This document shows, in pieces, positions 28,601-38,529 of a stretch of DNA of 64,000 bases (the stretch's first letter is position 1; each line of letters starts with the position of its first letter). Source of the stretch: Octopus vulgaris (lineage: Eukaryota); assembly GCA_951406725.2 (NCBI GenBank), contig OX597833.1, positions 41,540,001-41,604,000 on the forward strand, given 5' to 3'. A program made the position numbers and the translations under genes. The notes beneath the pieces were generated by a model that was not told the DNA's origin, did not search any database, and saw nothing but the letters and a program-made list of their open reading frames with translations.

Positions 28601-31600
28601 AACCACATGGTTCAAGCTTTAGTCCCACTGCATGGCACCTTGGGCTAGTGTCTTCTATAGCCCCAGGCTAACCAAAGCCTTGCAAGTGGATGTGATAGAT
28701 GGCAACTGAAAGAAGCCTGTTTAGTGTGTGTGTGTGTGTGTGTAAGTCACCATTGCTTGACAAATGGTGTTGATGTTTACATCCCTGTAACTTAATGGTT
28801 CGACAAAAGAGATCAACAGAATAATAAGTACTAGACTAAGAAAAATAGTACTAGAGTCGATTCATTCAACTAAAAATACCTCACTGCAGTGTCCCAGCAA
28901 GGCTGCAGTCTAATGGCTGAAACAAGTAGAAGATACAAGATACTGTATATAACCAGATTCCAAAAGAGAGTAATAGTGCATTGGTTCTCAAAACCACTTC
29001 AATATCCATCTAAACCTAACCACTATGTTATTTCTTGGTCCATTGCTATTTATATCAACTAGGTAGCAAATATACTTCTATCATCAAGCCATCTGAGTAG
29101 TCCATAGATTTTGTGTTGGCATTTAATGCATCTTAGGATTTTAATTTCTTGCCAATCTTCTAGAGATCACTGAGAATTATTTTTGACATCCTCAGTATGT
29201 ATTGACTACAGAGTACTGAGTTTCTTCTATAAGCTATATACTTAGCCCCACCTTAAATTTATCAATGTCCAGGCAAGATAAGTGTTCTAAGCCAAGACCT
29301 TTTCTTGCATATATTGTCATACTTAAATTAATGCAACATCATGAAATGTTAAATCAATGTGAAAAAAGAAAAATGCACTACCTGTTCTAACCATCCCAAA
29401 ACTTAAAATTAGTGATAATACAATAGTTTTAAATATGCACAGCACACCACTTCGTATTAACTTTAATTGTATGTAGCAAAATAAAATGACATTTGTAACA
29501 ACAGGCTTGGTCAAGCAACTGCTGAAAGGAACAACAAATGTGGTTATTAATTTACAGAACAGACTATATCAATTTAGAATATAACCACAGAATATATCAA
29601 CTTCGTAAATAAAATATATCAAACTGCTGCAATGTCAGTTTACAATCAAATTTTGATTAAACCCTCTTGAGAACAATTGCCAAAAATGAAGAAGATAAAA
29701 TATTGGTTAATATCACCCTAACAGGTTAAATTCAAAAACTTTGGAACAACCATAACCAACTTCAAACCACCAAATTTGTATTAAATATTTATTAATATTA
29801 GAATAACTTTGAGAAAGTTTAATTTAGTTTCTGCTTTATAATACCCTATATTGAATTTTGCTTCATCTCTTCAGGTACTATTTTACTGAGGATTGAATCC
29901 CCTTTCCCAAAATGAAAATCTCCATAAAAACCAGTAACTCTAATCACAAACTAGAGGCAAATTTTTAAAAATATGAAATGGCAGTAGGGTATGAAAATGG
30001 AAAATAAGAGTTTCTGTTATAGACAAAACATTACTGTAAAAACCACAGAAAATAAAGACACTGCAATCATAAAGTCCTGTGCCAAATTTAGCTCAATATG
30101 GTTGTCATTAAAAGTGCTTTAATGTCATTTAAACATGCAGTTTAGTGTTAGAAACCTGTATGGATTCAAGCTTAGCATATATATGGCATCTGATATATCA
30201 AGTAATCTGTCTAAAATGGTACAAAAGAGCAAAAGGTTAAAAGTTTACTAAGTCATTTTAATCAGTATATAATTAATTTTTCAATCTTTAATTTGTTGTG
30301 TCTGGGGAGAGTCATTTTCTTTTTGTGCTTTATAATGTGACACACTCACCAGTAAAATTTCCACTTATTTCTTATTTTTATTTTCCTAAAATTTTTGTTG
30401 CGTCTTGCAACCTTTTCAATAGTCTTGACCCTTGAAAAGGTTGCAAGACAACGAGAATTTTAAGAAAATAAAAATAAATGGAAATTTTACCAGTGAGTGT
30501 GTTACATTATAAGGCACAAAAAGAAAATGACTCTCCCCAGACACAACAGAATATGTTTCAACATACGAACTCATATAAAGAATCTTGCAAACCAAATCCA
30601 AAAACGAAAATCTTTAATTTGTTTTATTATAAATAAAAACTCATTAGTCAAAATATTTAACCATTTCATGCTTTATAGTTAAAGAAACTCAGGAATTCAT
30701 CACAATTACCAAGATATCAGTGTCTCCAGATTCAAATACCATTACTAGTTCTACTTTAAACTAAATGGAAACTGGTGAAGAATTTGTCAAGCAATATCTT
30801 TCCATACTAAGTTCACCAAACATTGCTCAGTCATGAACAAGTCAAATATACACTTTAGACATCAAAACATACATCAGTGAATATTATTCAAACAACTTAT
30901 GTCCTAGATTCTGGTACCAACGTTAACGTTGAAACAAATGGATTTTAGAATGTCAAAAGATAAAAGAATAAACCCTATAATTAAACTAACACATTATATA
31001 TCTACATTTAATATGTTTTCCATGCTAGTATGGATTGGATGGTTCAATAGGATTGTGCCAAACTCCAATATCTGCTTTGGTAAGTTTCCTACAGCTGGAA
31101 GCCTTTCTTAACTGCTTTGCGGTGTGTACTGGGTGTTTTTGATGTGGCACAGGTACTTGCGAGGTTACTAACTCTCAACTGAGAGGGGCAATATTGAGAG
31201 AGATAGCATTATGCCAATGATGGGAGGTTAAAGTATGATAGAGAAACAGATACTGATGTCTTGCTGTAGGGCTGATACAGTGTTACTCCTGTTGGAAAAA
31301 AATGAGATAAGTAAAGATTTGTCAAGATATACTCTCAGCAGTATGCACCCCTCAATCATTAATAACTAACTGTACTGTGATCCTAACACTAACACCAATT
31401 ACTATTTCTGCTCATCTTCACTATCCCTCAACTGAACAACACCTCTACAAACAATACTGAATTCATCAAGTCATCATCATCGTTTAACATCCATTTTCCA
31501 CGCTAGCATGGGTTGGACGGTTCAACCGTGGTCTGAGAAGCCAAAAGGCTGCACCGGGCTCCAGTCTGATCTGGCAGTGTTTCTACAGCTGGATGCCCTT

Positions 31601-33590
31601 CCTAATGCCAACAAACACCAATGCTAATGTCAATGTGCAATTATTTGTGATTGCTCAACTTGTCAAAAATAGGAACCAAATTTCCCTCAAATCGTATCCA
31701 AAAATCCTCCAAAATGAATACATGTATTTGTATATATAATCTGGAATAACATTATCCTACATCTGAAATTAAAATGGATGATCATGGCCACAACAGTTTC
31801 AATTACAGACCTGCTCAACTAAGGATGATTTGGTACTGAACATTGAACTAAATGTTTTAAAATCAATGCAAATCCTCAATATGCCAGGATTTACTACTAA
31901 AGGGCATCATAGTCTGACACAACACATCCCCAGTATAAAGAAATCCCTCATGTCATATCCAGTAGTTCTAGTAAAAAGGAGCAGAGGTAGAGAACTTTGC
32001 CTGAGGAAAAAATTTTGTTCACCTTCAAATTTCCATTGGCTTGCTGACAGTTTCTATTAAGAGTTTACTCAATCAGGTTTGACTAGCCTAAACAAGAAAC
32101 ATTTATCAGGTAAACCAATAAAAAAGCCAAATCAGTAGTTGCCAAATGGTAAGTTATGACATTGATGTGCTACAAGGTGTAGCTAAATGCTTCACGAAAT
32201 TCTAAATATAAAATTTTGACAACTATACAACTTGAGACTAATGACCTGGTGTAGAACTCAATATACATGCGTTTCAAAACAAAGTGTTAGTCATGTACAG
32301 AACTATAATATGAAAGAGAGATGACAGAGGAATAAATGATTATCTTATAAGCTTCCTTAGTTTGCAGCTATTAATGCCGTAAGATGTAGTGGACTCCTAG
32401 TTGAGTGCCTGAATAACACCTTATAGTTTTATCAAGGCTCCAATGAAACTCGAAGCTATAAAGTAATGTTGAGACACTAAAGTATGTGTGTCTGAATAAG
32501 ATAATCATTTATTCTTGTCATCTCTCTTAACTATGCTACTTTATTTATTGAATAAAGTAGTAAGTAGTCAATATTCTTTAATTTCAACTATATATACACG
32601 TATATACTATATATACTACACTCACGGAGTGGTTGACGTTAGGAAGGGCATCCAGCTGTAGAAACACTGCCAGATCAGACTGGAGCCTGGTGCAGCCTCC
32701 TGGCTTCCCAGACATCGGTCGAACTGTCCAACCCATGCTAGCATGGAAAACGGATGTTAAACGATGATGATGATGATGATGATATACTAAAATGCATACC
32801 TTTTTTTTTAGTACATTGGGCTACACACAAAGTGCACCAAATTATTTTCATTTGCTCTAAAAAGTACAGCAAATAAAGAGTTTGGAACCACTATTGGTCA
32901 TGCAATCTGCTAAACATAGCAACCACATCTCTCTAACACCCTACCATCTTAACAGCATATCAAAGATTATTTCAATATGCATTTTTTTTTTATTAAGTCA
33001 GTGTATCATATGTCATCACCTGTAACCACGTGGTTAAGTCTGCTTGATCAGAGGTGAGCAGGGAATATACAACAAAGAAACAGGCAAAGCTTTGGAAAAA
33101 TTTGAATAGTAAAAGCAACGCCTCTTAATTATTAGAATCTAATGGAAATATATGGATTACTAGAATTAATCTTAAGGGACACTACAGCACATACCCTATA
33201 GTTATGGCTGTAAAAGAGGATGGGGAACAGGCAAATGCAAAGATATGAAGAACAAGTTCAGCACAATAGAAACCAATGTTACACTTGAAAGAAGTAAAAC
33301 AGACGATACAATAATAGATATTCTAACTTTAATATGAGTTCAGCCACACTAATAAGATCTGACATGCATGAGATGCTGACACCCTATCCCAGGTTTTTAA
33401 AAAATAAACCTAATAGGTGCAGGAGTGGCTGTGTGGTAAGTAGCTTGCTTACCAACCACATGGTTCCAGGTTCAGTCCCACTGCGTGGCATCTTGGGCAA
33501 GTGTCTTCTGCTATAGCCTCGGGCCGACCAATGCCTTGTGAGTGGATTTGGTAGACGGAAACTGAAAGAAGCCTGTCGTATATATGTATG

Positions 33591-33645
<55 letters not shown>

Positions 33646-36600
33646 CTGTGTTTGTCCCCCTAGAATTGCTTGACAACCAATGCTGCTGTGTTTACGTCCC
33701 CGTCACTTAGCGGTTCGGCAAAAGAGACCGATAGAATAAGTACTGGGCTTACAAAGAATAAGTCCCGGGGTCGATTTGCTCGACTAAAGGCGGTGCTCCA
33801 GCATGGCCGCAGTCAAATGACTGAAACAAGTAAAAGATAAAAGATAGAAAGATAATCATATTTAATGGGGCCATGTTTTACAAAACAAAATCAGCAATCA
33901 ATTAGTTGAACTTTCTAAAGTGGGACAAAAATCTACAATTAAACCGTTTAACAATACAGGTGTATATAATTTTGAACGTTAATTTCACCTAATTATATAC
34001 ATAATTACAAGGCACTGAAGAAGCCATTGTATCATATACTTCACATGAAAAGGAAGTTTTAACACAGGCTAACCTATGAGCCAAGGCCTCCCAGCTGTGA
34101 CTATCATTTTCCTTTTGGTGTATCTATTCCCCTTCATGACAATGTCGTTTTAAGGATATTTGGCTGTTGTGTCTAACAGGTTAAGTGACAATGTAGAGAC
34201 ACTCATTGAATAAGTTTCCGGCAGCCCCAAAAATGTATTTTAGTAAATTTACAGAAATAACCAATATTCATAAAATAAGGTAATTAACGGAAATAATCTC
34301 TAACAGACATCCTCACATACTGATTTGTTTAATAACTGGCCGATGACGCCCTTACCACCACTAACCACTCAAACATGAAGTAGGGGTAGAAACGGGGCAA
34401 GCAGAGTTTAAGTGTTTTGTTTGATCTGGAGACATGACAGATGTGAACTCTTGACATGGTCAGCTAGCAAGAGCTAATGAGAAAATCGCTGCATGATCGC
34501 GTTACCTGATATAAACATCAGCCATATCTTCCCACTAACATCTTATCTTTAAAAAGGGGTCGTTGGATGGACAGGATGGTCATGCTTGAAGGCCTTGGGG
34601 GGGGGGGGGGGGCTAAACAACGAAGAAGCAGTCTAAAGTGATAGCATTAACTAGCTGTTTCATGTATCACAAATTCAAAACTTCTAGATATTCGTTCATC
34701 ACTCAATATTTTTAATTATTTGTTTTAGTTCTTGAGACAAACTTGGTAGCAAGATAAATATTTCAAATATCAAAGGGCTCGACCACATGGCTCCGGGTTC
34801 AGTCCCACTGTGTAGCACTTCTAAAGCCGTGTAAGTGGATTTGGGAGCAGGAAACGGAAAATATCCCGTTATGTGTTAGTGTGTGTGTGTGCGCGCGTCT
34901 TTGCGTTCGTCCCTCACGACCACTTGACAACCGTTATCGGTTTGTTTACGTCCTTGTAACTTAGCGGTTCGGCGAGAGACCGATAGAAAAGTACCAGGCT
35001 TTAAAAAGAAATAAATACTAGGGTCGATTCGTTCTACTAAAATCCTTTAAAGCCGTTGTCCGAGCATGACCGCGGTCCAATGACTGTAACAAGTAAAAGA
35101 TAACTACTAGTCACACCGTCCAAAGTTCAGGTCACATTACTGCCAATGTGTGTGGGCCTCGACTGAACTGAAGTTCGATTTCTTTAACATTCAATGATTA
35201 ACGGTATGAAAACATAAAAACAATAGCTCTAACAAATAAATCGTACATGCAAACATTGGAACAATCAATCCATGCTACAATATCTACGGGAAAGGCATGA
35301 GCGTAACAAATTCACATCTCTTCAAAATGAATGCGATAAAAGTATTGAGCAACAGGTAATTATAAATACAACACAAAGCAAATAAGGTATGGTATGTTTA
35401 CTGCCCAAGTAAAAGACCAAGTCAAAAAGAATTCTATCAAACTTTGTTTTTAAAAAATTTAATTTAAAACGCCAAATGTCAAACAAACTCAACTAGCTTG
35501 TTTAAAAAGCAAGGTATTAAATCAGGTTAATAGGCTGGAAATAAAATGTTCAAAAATGCTTTTAACAATAAGATGTGCAACAAACAATCTGCTAGTCTGA
35601 AGTAAAAATATAAACATTTACACTTCAATTGCTAATGTTCTTATTTAGCCGCAGGTCAAGGGGTTTCTAAAATAACTCACCTCGGATGACATTAAGTAAT
35701 TGTGACTTTATCAAAGACGGTGGAGAGTGGTTTGGGGAAAATTTAGCTGCTGTTTCTTACGGGTCAAATGACTGTAAAGAGACTCCCTTGTCGCTTCGAC
35801 AAATAACTAATTAATCACCAGAGGAATCAATTATTTTTACAAGTCATCTGTCTATAAATCTGCAAACTAGAACAATGACAACGTCCAACAGGTCGAAACA
35901 GCTATTAACAATGGACAGAGGTTAGGACCGAAGTCGAACCTAGAACAAAAGCCATACATTCTGAAGATAGCGGAATTACATCGACCACAAAAGATGCCTG
36001 AAGAGAACTAATACATCAACCGAACACGCCTGTATCAATAACTGAGAATTTAGCACTTTATTTTATGCTTTTATCTTTTTCAAACTAGATTTGACAATAG
36101 GTAAGGCCAACGAGCGATTAAAAAAAACAACAAACAAAACGTAACGGAAAGAGGATAGATTTTATAATTACAGAAAATAATACTTCTAATTGAATTACGA
36201 AAAAAAAGATGCTGCAATGTCGACAGTTATTAAACGACGGTAATGGTTAGACCAAATCCAAAATAAACATGTGATTCACAGTGAATATTATTTTTGCGAT
36301 CATGAAATTTTACTAAGAGGAATCAGTTTTCGAAACATACTTCAGTAAATCTTAAATTATTTCAGCTTACAAACATCTTGCATGAAGTATGTAAATAGAA
36401 TTAAATAGAAAGGTATCAACTTGTGTGTGTGTGGAACAGTTAGAGACATTGTTCCAACATGGCGCTAATTCCTTAACCTTAAACAACAGATATAAAACAA
36501 AGCTAATGTGCATTATTACACAGCATACAGAGATAAGTGGTTGGGTTTATTTTTACAATTTACCTAGCATTCCACTTAGTTATTGCAAAACGAGCTAAAA

Positions 36601-37745
36601 AATCGAGCAAATGAGGAGTAACAAGTGAATTTGCTCGCTGACAACCCAACTCCACACACCAAACTCTGTTATCACCCACGTGTCTTTACAACACAGAAAA
36701 CCAATTTTCTCAAGCTACTTTCCTAAGAAACATTTTTTATCATCAACACGATATATTTCTGTCTAAATGAAATATGTGTTGTGCTCGTATGTGGCTATTA
36801 AAAGAAAATATCAAACGTGGAATATATTTTTTTTGTTCAAATATGTATAGATAAAACAGTTGAAGAGAGGCCAGCCTGTCATTATTGGCATATGTAAAAA
36901 ATTTCGAATGATTAACACAAAAGGCCGATGAAAATCTGCGGTCGTTGAACTAACAACCACGTTCAAATACAAACATCAAAATGGGATACATGTTCGATGA
37001 TATTTATTTAGACGAAAAATTTTAATTACTCGTTTACAGTAGTATATCTTATTCCGATCATAAAGTTTATCTAAGTGTTGTGCTTTGCACTAAGAAAACA
37101 AATTAGGTTATGTTAGACAAGTATTACAAGACAGTTAGATACAGAAACATGAAGGAAAACAAGTTTAAATCAAGTTTAGACTATACAAATTTTGTGAAGG
37201 GATCAAGGTTACTTGGATACATGAAGTAATAAGGCGATGGAGGGGGGGTAGAGAAAGAGCGAATTTAATTCTTCTTATTTCAATTGTCAGCATACTGACA
37301 GAGAATATATACGTGGAGGGGGGGTACACGAAGTTTGGGAAAGGGTTACGAAAATTGCTAAGTCATTTGTTCGTTTAGAATTGGTCTAATGGAATCAGTA
37401 CATATAGCTTTTCAACTGTCATAATAGACATCCGAGTAACATAGAATACATAAAGTGATCATTAGAGCAGAGAGATAAAATTGAGACAATACAGTAATTA
37501 AATAGTGATGGAGCGTGAATAAAGATATTTTCCAATCCAAGCTGTTACAAAAGAGGTTTTTTAAAAACTATTAAACGTTTTCATACGTTTTTTTTTCTCC
37601 TCGTTCCTCGTGTTAAGTATAAACAACAAAAAGCGTTAGGCAAATAAAAATAAAATCGCTTAAAGATTTCATCGTTGATACAATCAGAAAGTACTTTTAC
37701 TGGATGCATAATAATAAAATGAGTCACCTGAGCTGTTTTAGCCAT
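5297..37745 (-). CDS. USP10: Ubiquitin carboxyl-terminal hydrolase 10 (USP10), spliced CDS of 15 coding exons, ~936 aa
   Basis: Exons joined by hand with GT-AG boundaries and consistent phases: 37745-37728, 27096-26989, 26268-26235, 26148-24688, 22731-22640, 21180-21071, 20953-20913, 20786-20680, 18857-18749, 15624-15509, 13946-13821, 12858-12766, 11238-11094, 7502-7440, 5484-5297. The translation has the USP10 hallmarks [65 protein letters not shown] and YLLFYRR. Confidence 0.95.
5570..5940 (-). mobile_element. CR1/L2-type LINE 3' fragment
   Basis: Translation [14 protein letters not shown]...RLRSHSEKL...SIRVADLWNKLP is typical of the CR1 ORF2 C-terminus. Confidence 0.8.
6125..6437 (-). mobile_element. 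SINE copy
   Basis: Similar to the 790-1050 and 39790-40017 copies; flanked by a repeated atatttcagctctt (possible TSD). Confidence 0.65.
7440..7502 (-). CDS. USP10: USP10 exon 14 ([21 protein letters not shown])
   Basis: ttttag / gtaaat boundaries, 63 nt, phase 1/1. Confidence 0.92.
8790..9313 (+). mobile_element. Truncated mariner transposon (N-terminal HTH half of transposase)
   Basis: ORF 8936-9313 with mariner motifs W..KF...F.L.D.PRSG.P and WIPHAL (WVPHEL-like); no DDD domain. Confidence 0.85.
11094..11238 (-). CDS. USP10: USP10 exon 13 ([48 protein letters not shown])
   Basis: [13 protein letters not shown] motif; tttcag / gtaata boundaries. Confidence 0.95.
12766..12858 (-). CDS. 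USP10: USP10 exon 12 ([31 protein letters not shown])
   Basis: 93 nt, phase 0/0, within ORF 12709-12897. Confidence 0.93.
13821..13946 (-). CDS. USP10: USP10 exon 11 ([42 protein letters not shown])
   Basis: Highly conserved USP10 segment; tgtag / gtaaat boundaries. Confidence 0.95.
15238..15412. mobile_element. hAT-type MITE with internal partial duplication
   Basis: TIRs cagcatttttcaaa / tttgaaaaacgctg; a second left end at ~15346. Confidence 0.7.
15509..15624 (-). CDS. USP10: USP10 exon 10 (...[18 protein letters not shown])
   Basis: WEQVGP.NK motif typical of USP10; ttcag / gtatga boundaries. Confidence 0.93.
16060..16280. mobile_element. piggyBac-like MITE (TTAA-CCC...GGG-TTAA)
   Basis: TTAA at 16056-16059 and 16281-16284; related or partial elements near 10000-10216, 10680-10890, 19820-19990, 27897-28080, 60800-60975 and 63420-63603. 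Confidence 0.65.
17414..18340. repeat. 25-bp minisatellite (CCTGACAATCATCAGCATTATCAAG), ~37 units, in a USP10 intron
   Basis: Direct inspection of near-identical head-to-tail units. Confidence 0.97.
18749..18857 (-). CDS. USP10: USP10 exon 9 ([23 protein letters not shown]...)
   Basis: QEDAEEF USP motif; ttttag / gtaatt boundaries. Confidence 0.95.
19281..19660 (+). mobile_element. tRNA-derived SINE (octopus OR-like family)
   Basis: ggaggcacaatggcccagtgg...ggtttcgattcccagacc head; same head at 55091. Confidence 0.75.
19990..20345 (+). mobile_element. Octopus tRNA-derived SINE with central (TA/TG)n
   Basis: ggctgtgtggtaagaag...gactgaaa family; copies at 28570-28940, 33416-33850, 34780-35100 and 58140-58350. 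Confidence 0.8.
20680..20786 (-). CDS. USP10: USP10 exon 8 ([35 protein letters not shown])
   Basis: cttcag / gtgaat boundaries, PG..FEP motif of USP10. Confidence 0.9.
20913..20953 (-). CDS. USP10: USP10 exon 7 ([13 protein letters not shown])
   Basis: tttcag / gtaaat boundaries, 41 nt, resembles USP10 LMNEFTNMP. Confidence 0.9.
21071..21180 (-). CDS. USP10: USP10 exon 6 ([36 protein letters not shown])
   Basis: Continues the Cys box helix; ctctcag acceptor, gtaagt donor. Confidence 0.95.
21181..22639 (-). other. U12-type (minor spliceosome) GT-AG intron of USP10
   Basis: Donor GTATCCTTT; branch site TACCTTAAC at 21200-21192, ~10 nt upstream of the AG; no strong polypyrimidine tract. Confidence 0.9.
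22113..22325. mobile_element. hAT-type MITE inside the U12 intron
   Basis: TIRs cagtggctctcaacc / ggttgagaaccactg and a perfect 8-bp TSD CTTTATAT. Confidence 0.88.
22640..22731 (-). CDS. USP10: USP10 exon 5, Cys box ([17 protein letters not shown])
   Basis: ttatag acceptor, catalytic Cys codon 22654-22652, U12-type donor GTATCCTTT. Confidence 0.95.
24688..26148 (-). CDS. USP10: USP10 exon 4, large disordered Pro/Ser-rich region with KSWAGLF
   Basis: 1461-nt open exon (ORF 24638-26002 extended), tttttacag acceptor, G|gtaagt donor. Confidence 0.93.
26235..26268 (-). CDS. USP10: USP10 exon 3 ([11 protein letters not shown])
   Basis: tatttcag acceptor, G|gtaagt donor, 34 nt, bridges phase 0 to phase 1. 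Confidence 0.85.
26989..27096 (-). CDS. USP10: USP10 exon 2 ([36 protein letters not shown]) with FGDF motif
   Basis: ttttcag acceptor, GAA|gtgagt donor, 108 nt, FGDF at 27084-27073. Confidence 0.9.
28570..28940 (+). mobile_element. Octopus SINE copy
   Basis: Same family as 33416-33850. Confidence 0.75.
30294..30548. repeat. Foldback / long imperfect palindrome
   Basis: Arms ~30294-30419 and ~30432-30548 are reverse complements. Confidence 0.9.
32314..32528. repeat. Foldback element with ~35-bp inverted termini and nested inverted segments
   Basis: aagagagatgacagaggaataaatgattatcttat versus ataagataatcatttattcttgtcatctctctt. Confidence 0.85.
32620..32781 (+). mobile_element. RTE-LINE 3' end / associated short element with (TGA)n tail
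   Basis: ggagtggttg.cgttaggaagggcatccagc...ccaacccatgctagcatggaa + (gat)n; copies at 31471-31615(-), 40051-40630(-), 45370-45666, 48250-48590 and 62800-63175. Confidence 0.75.
33416..33850 (+). mobile_element. Near-intact octopus tRNA-derived SINE
   Basis: tRNA-like head, (TA)n(TG)n centre, gactgaaacaagtaaaaga tail. Confidence 0.85.
37728..37745 (-). CDS. USP10: USP10 probable first coding exon (MAKTAQ); the open frame extends upstream to an ATG at 37874
   Basis: aaacATGG Kozak context, CAG|gtgact phase-0 donor matching phase-0 exon 2, resembles vertebrate exon 1 MALHSPQ|, lies in a CpG-rich region. Confidence 0.6.
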
Positions 37746-37879
37746 GTTTATAAGCTGAGTTAAGACCAATCCATTGCCATCAGACTTCACACTGAAACTA
37801 TCATGTCCGACATTATGATAAGGAAAGTACAGAATTCCGTCAACACGCATGCTCACCAAGGGATATAACTCCATCAAGC

Positions 37880-38350
37880 CGACTTGCCGGGCTCCAAACG
37901 CAACGTTGGGGAGGCGAAACCGGCAACAATTAATTTCAAGGTGTTTGGTGATGGAAGAATGAAAGTGATAATGACAGGAGATTAAAACTAAAAAATAAAA
38001 AAAACACTAACTCAATTAAACCACACTCAAACACAACAAAATATTTACTGCACTTCAAATTGGTATTTAGGTGCCGTCGAGAATGGAGTACAGAATTTTA
38101 AAAAAACAATCACAATTTGGCTCTCCAAAATTTTTCACGTGACTCTCAATGGCGTTTTTATATTCCTCGGCCATCCATCTATTTAGCATATGAAAAATTA
38201 TATACTATGTAAATAGACACGTGAGACAGTTGAACTGGGTATTTTATTTACATTTTATTGATTACTCATGTCACTTCCCGCTGCTGTGTTTAGATTTCAA
38301 GGGAGAAATAACCCTTAGATTATTTGACGCTTAGGTTTACGAGGGAGCTA
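37880..38350 (-). promoter_or_regulatory. Putative USP10 promoter / 5' UTR region
   Basis: CpG-retaining sequence directly upstream of exon 1, two CACGTG E-boxes (~38136, ~38218), CACTTCC ETS-like site ~38272. Confidence 0.45.
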
Positions 38351-38529
38351 AACGCACTTGATAATGAGTCCCCTAATAGATTTACATTTACATCTCAAAG
38401 CAAAGACATTTAAATAGCATTGATTTTATAATGGAAAACAAGCATTTAATTAGGCATATAAACATATCCCATTTACATTGTCTTAAATCGCTAAAAGAAA
38501 AAAGCTTGTTATAGATTTTGAATTATTTT

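Noticed and set aside
36469-36490. Perfect U12 branch site TTCCTTAAC followed by CAG on the plus strand
   Set aside because: Antisense to USP10, with no matching U12 donor or plus-strand gene upstream; likely chance
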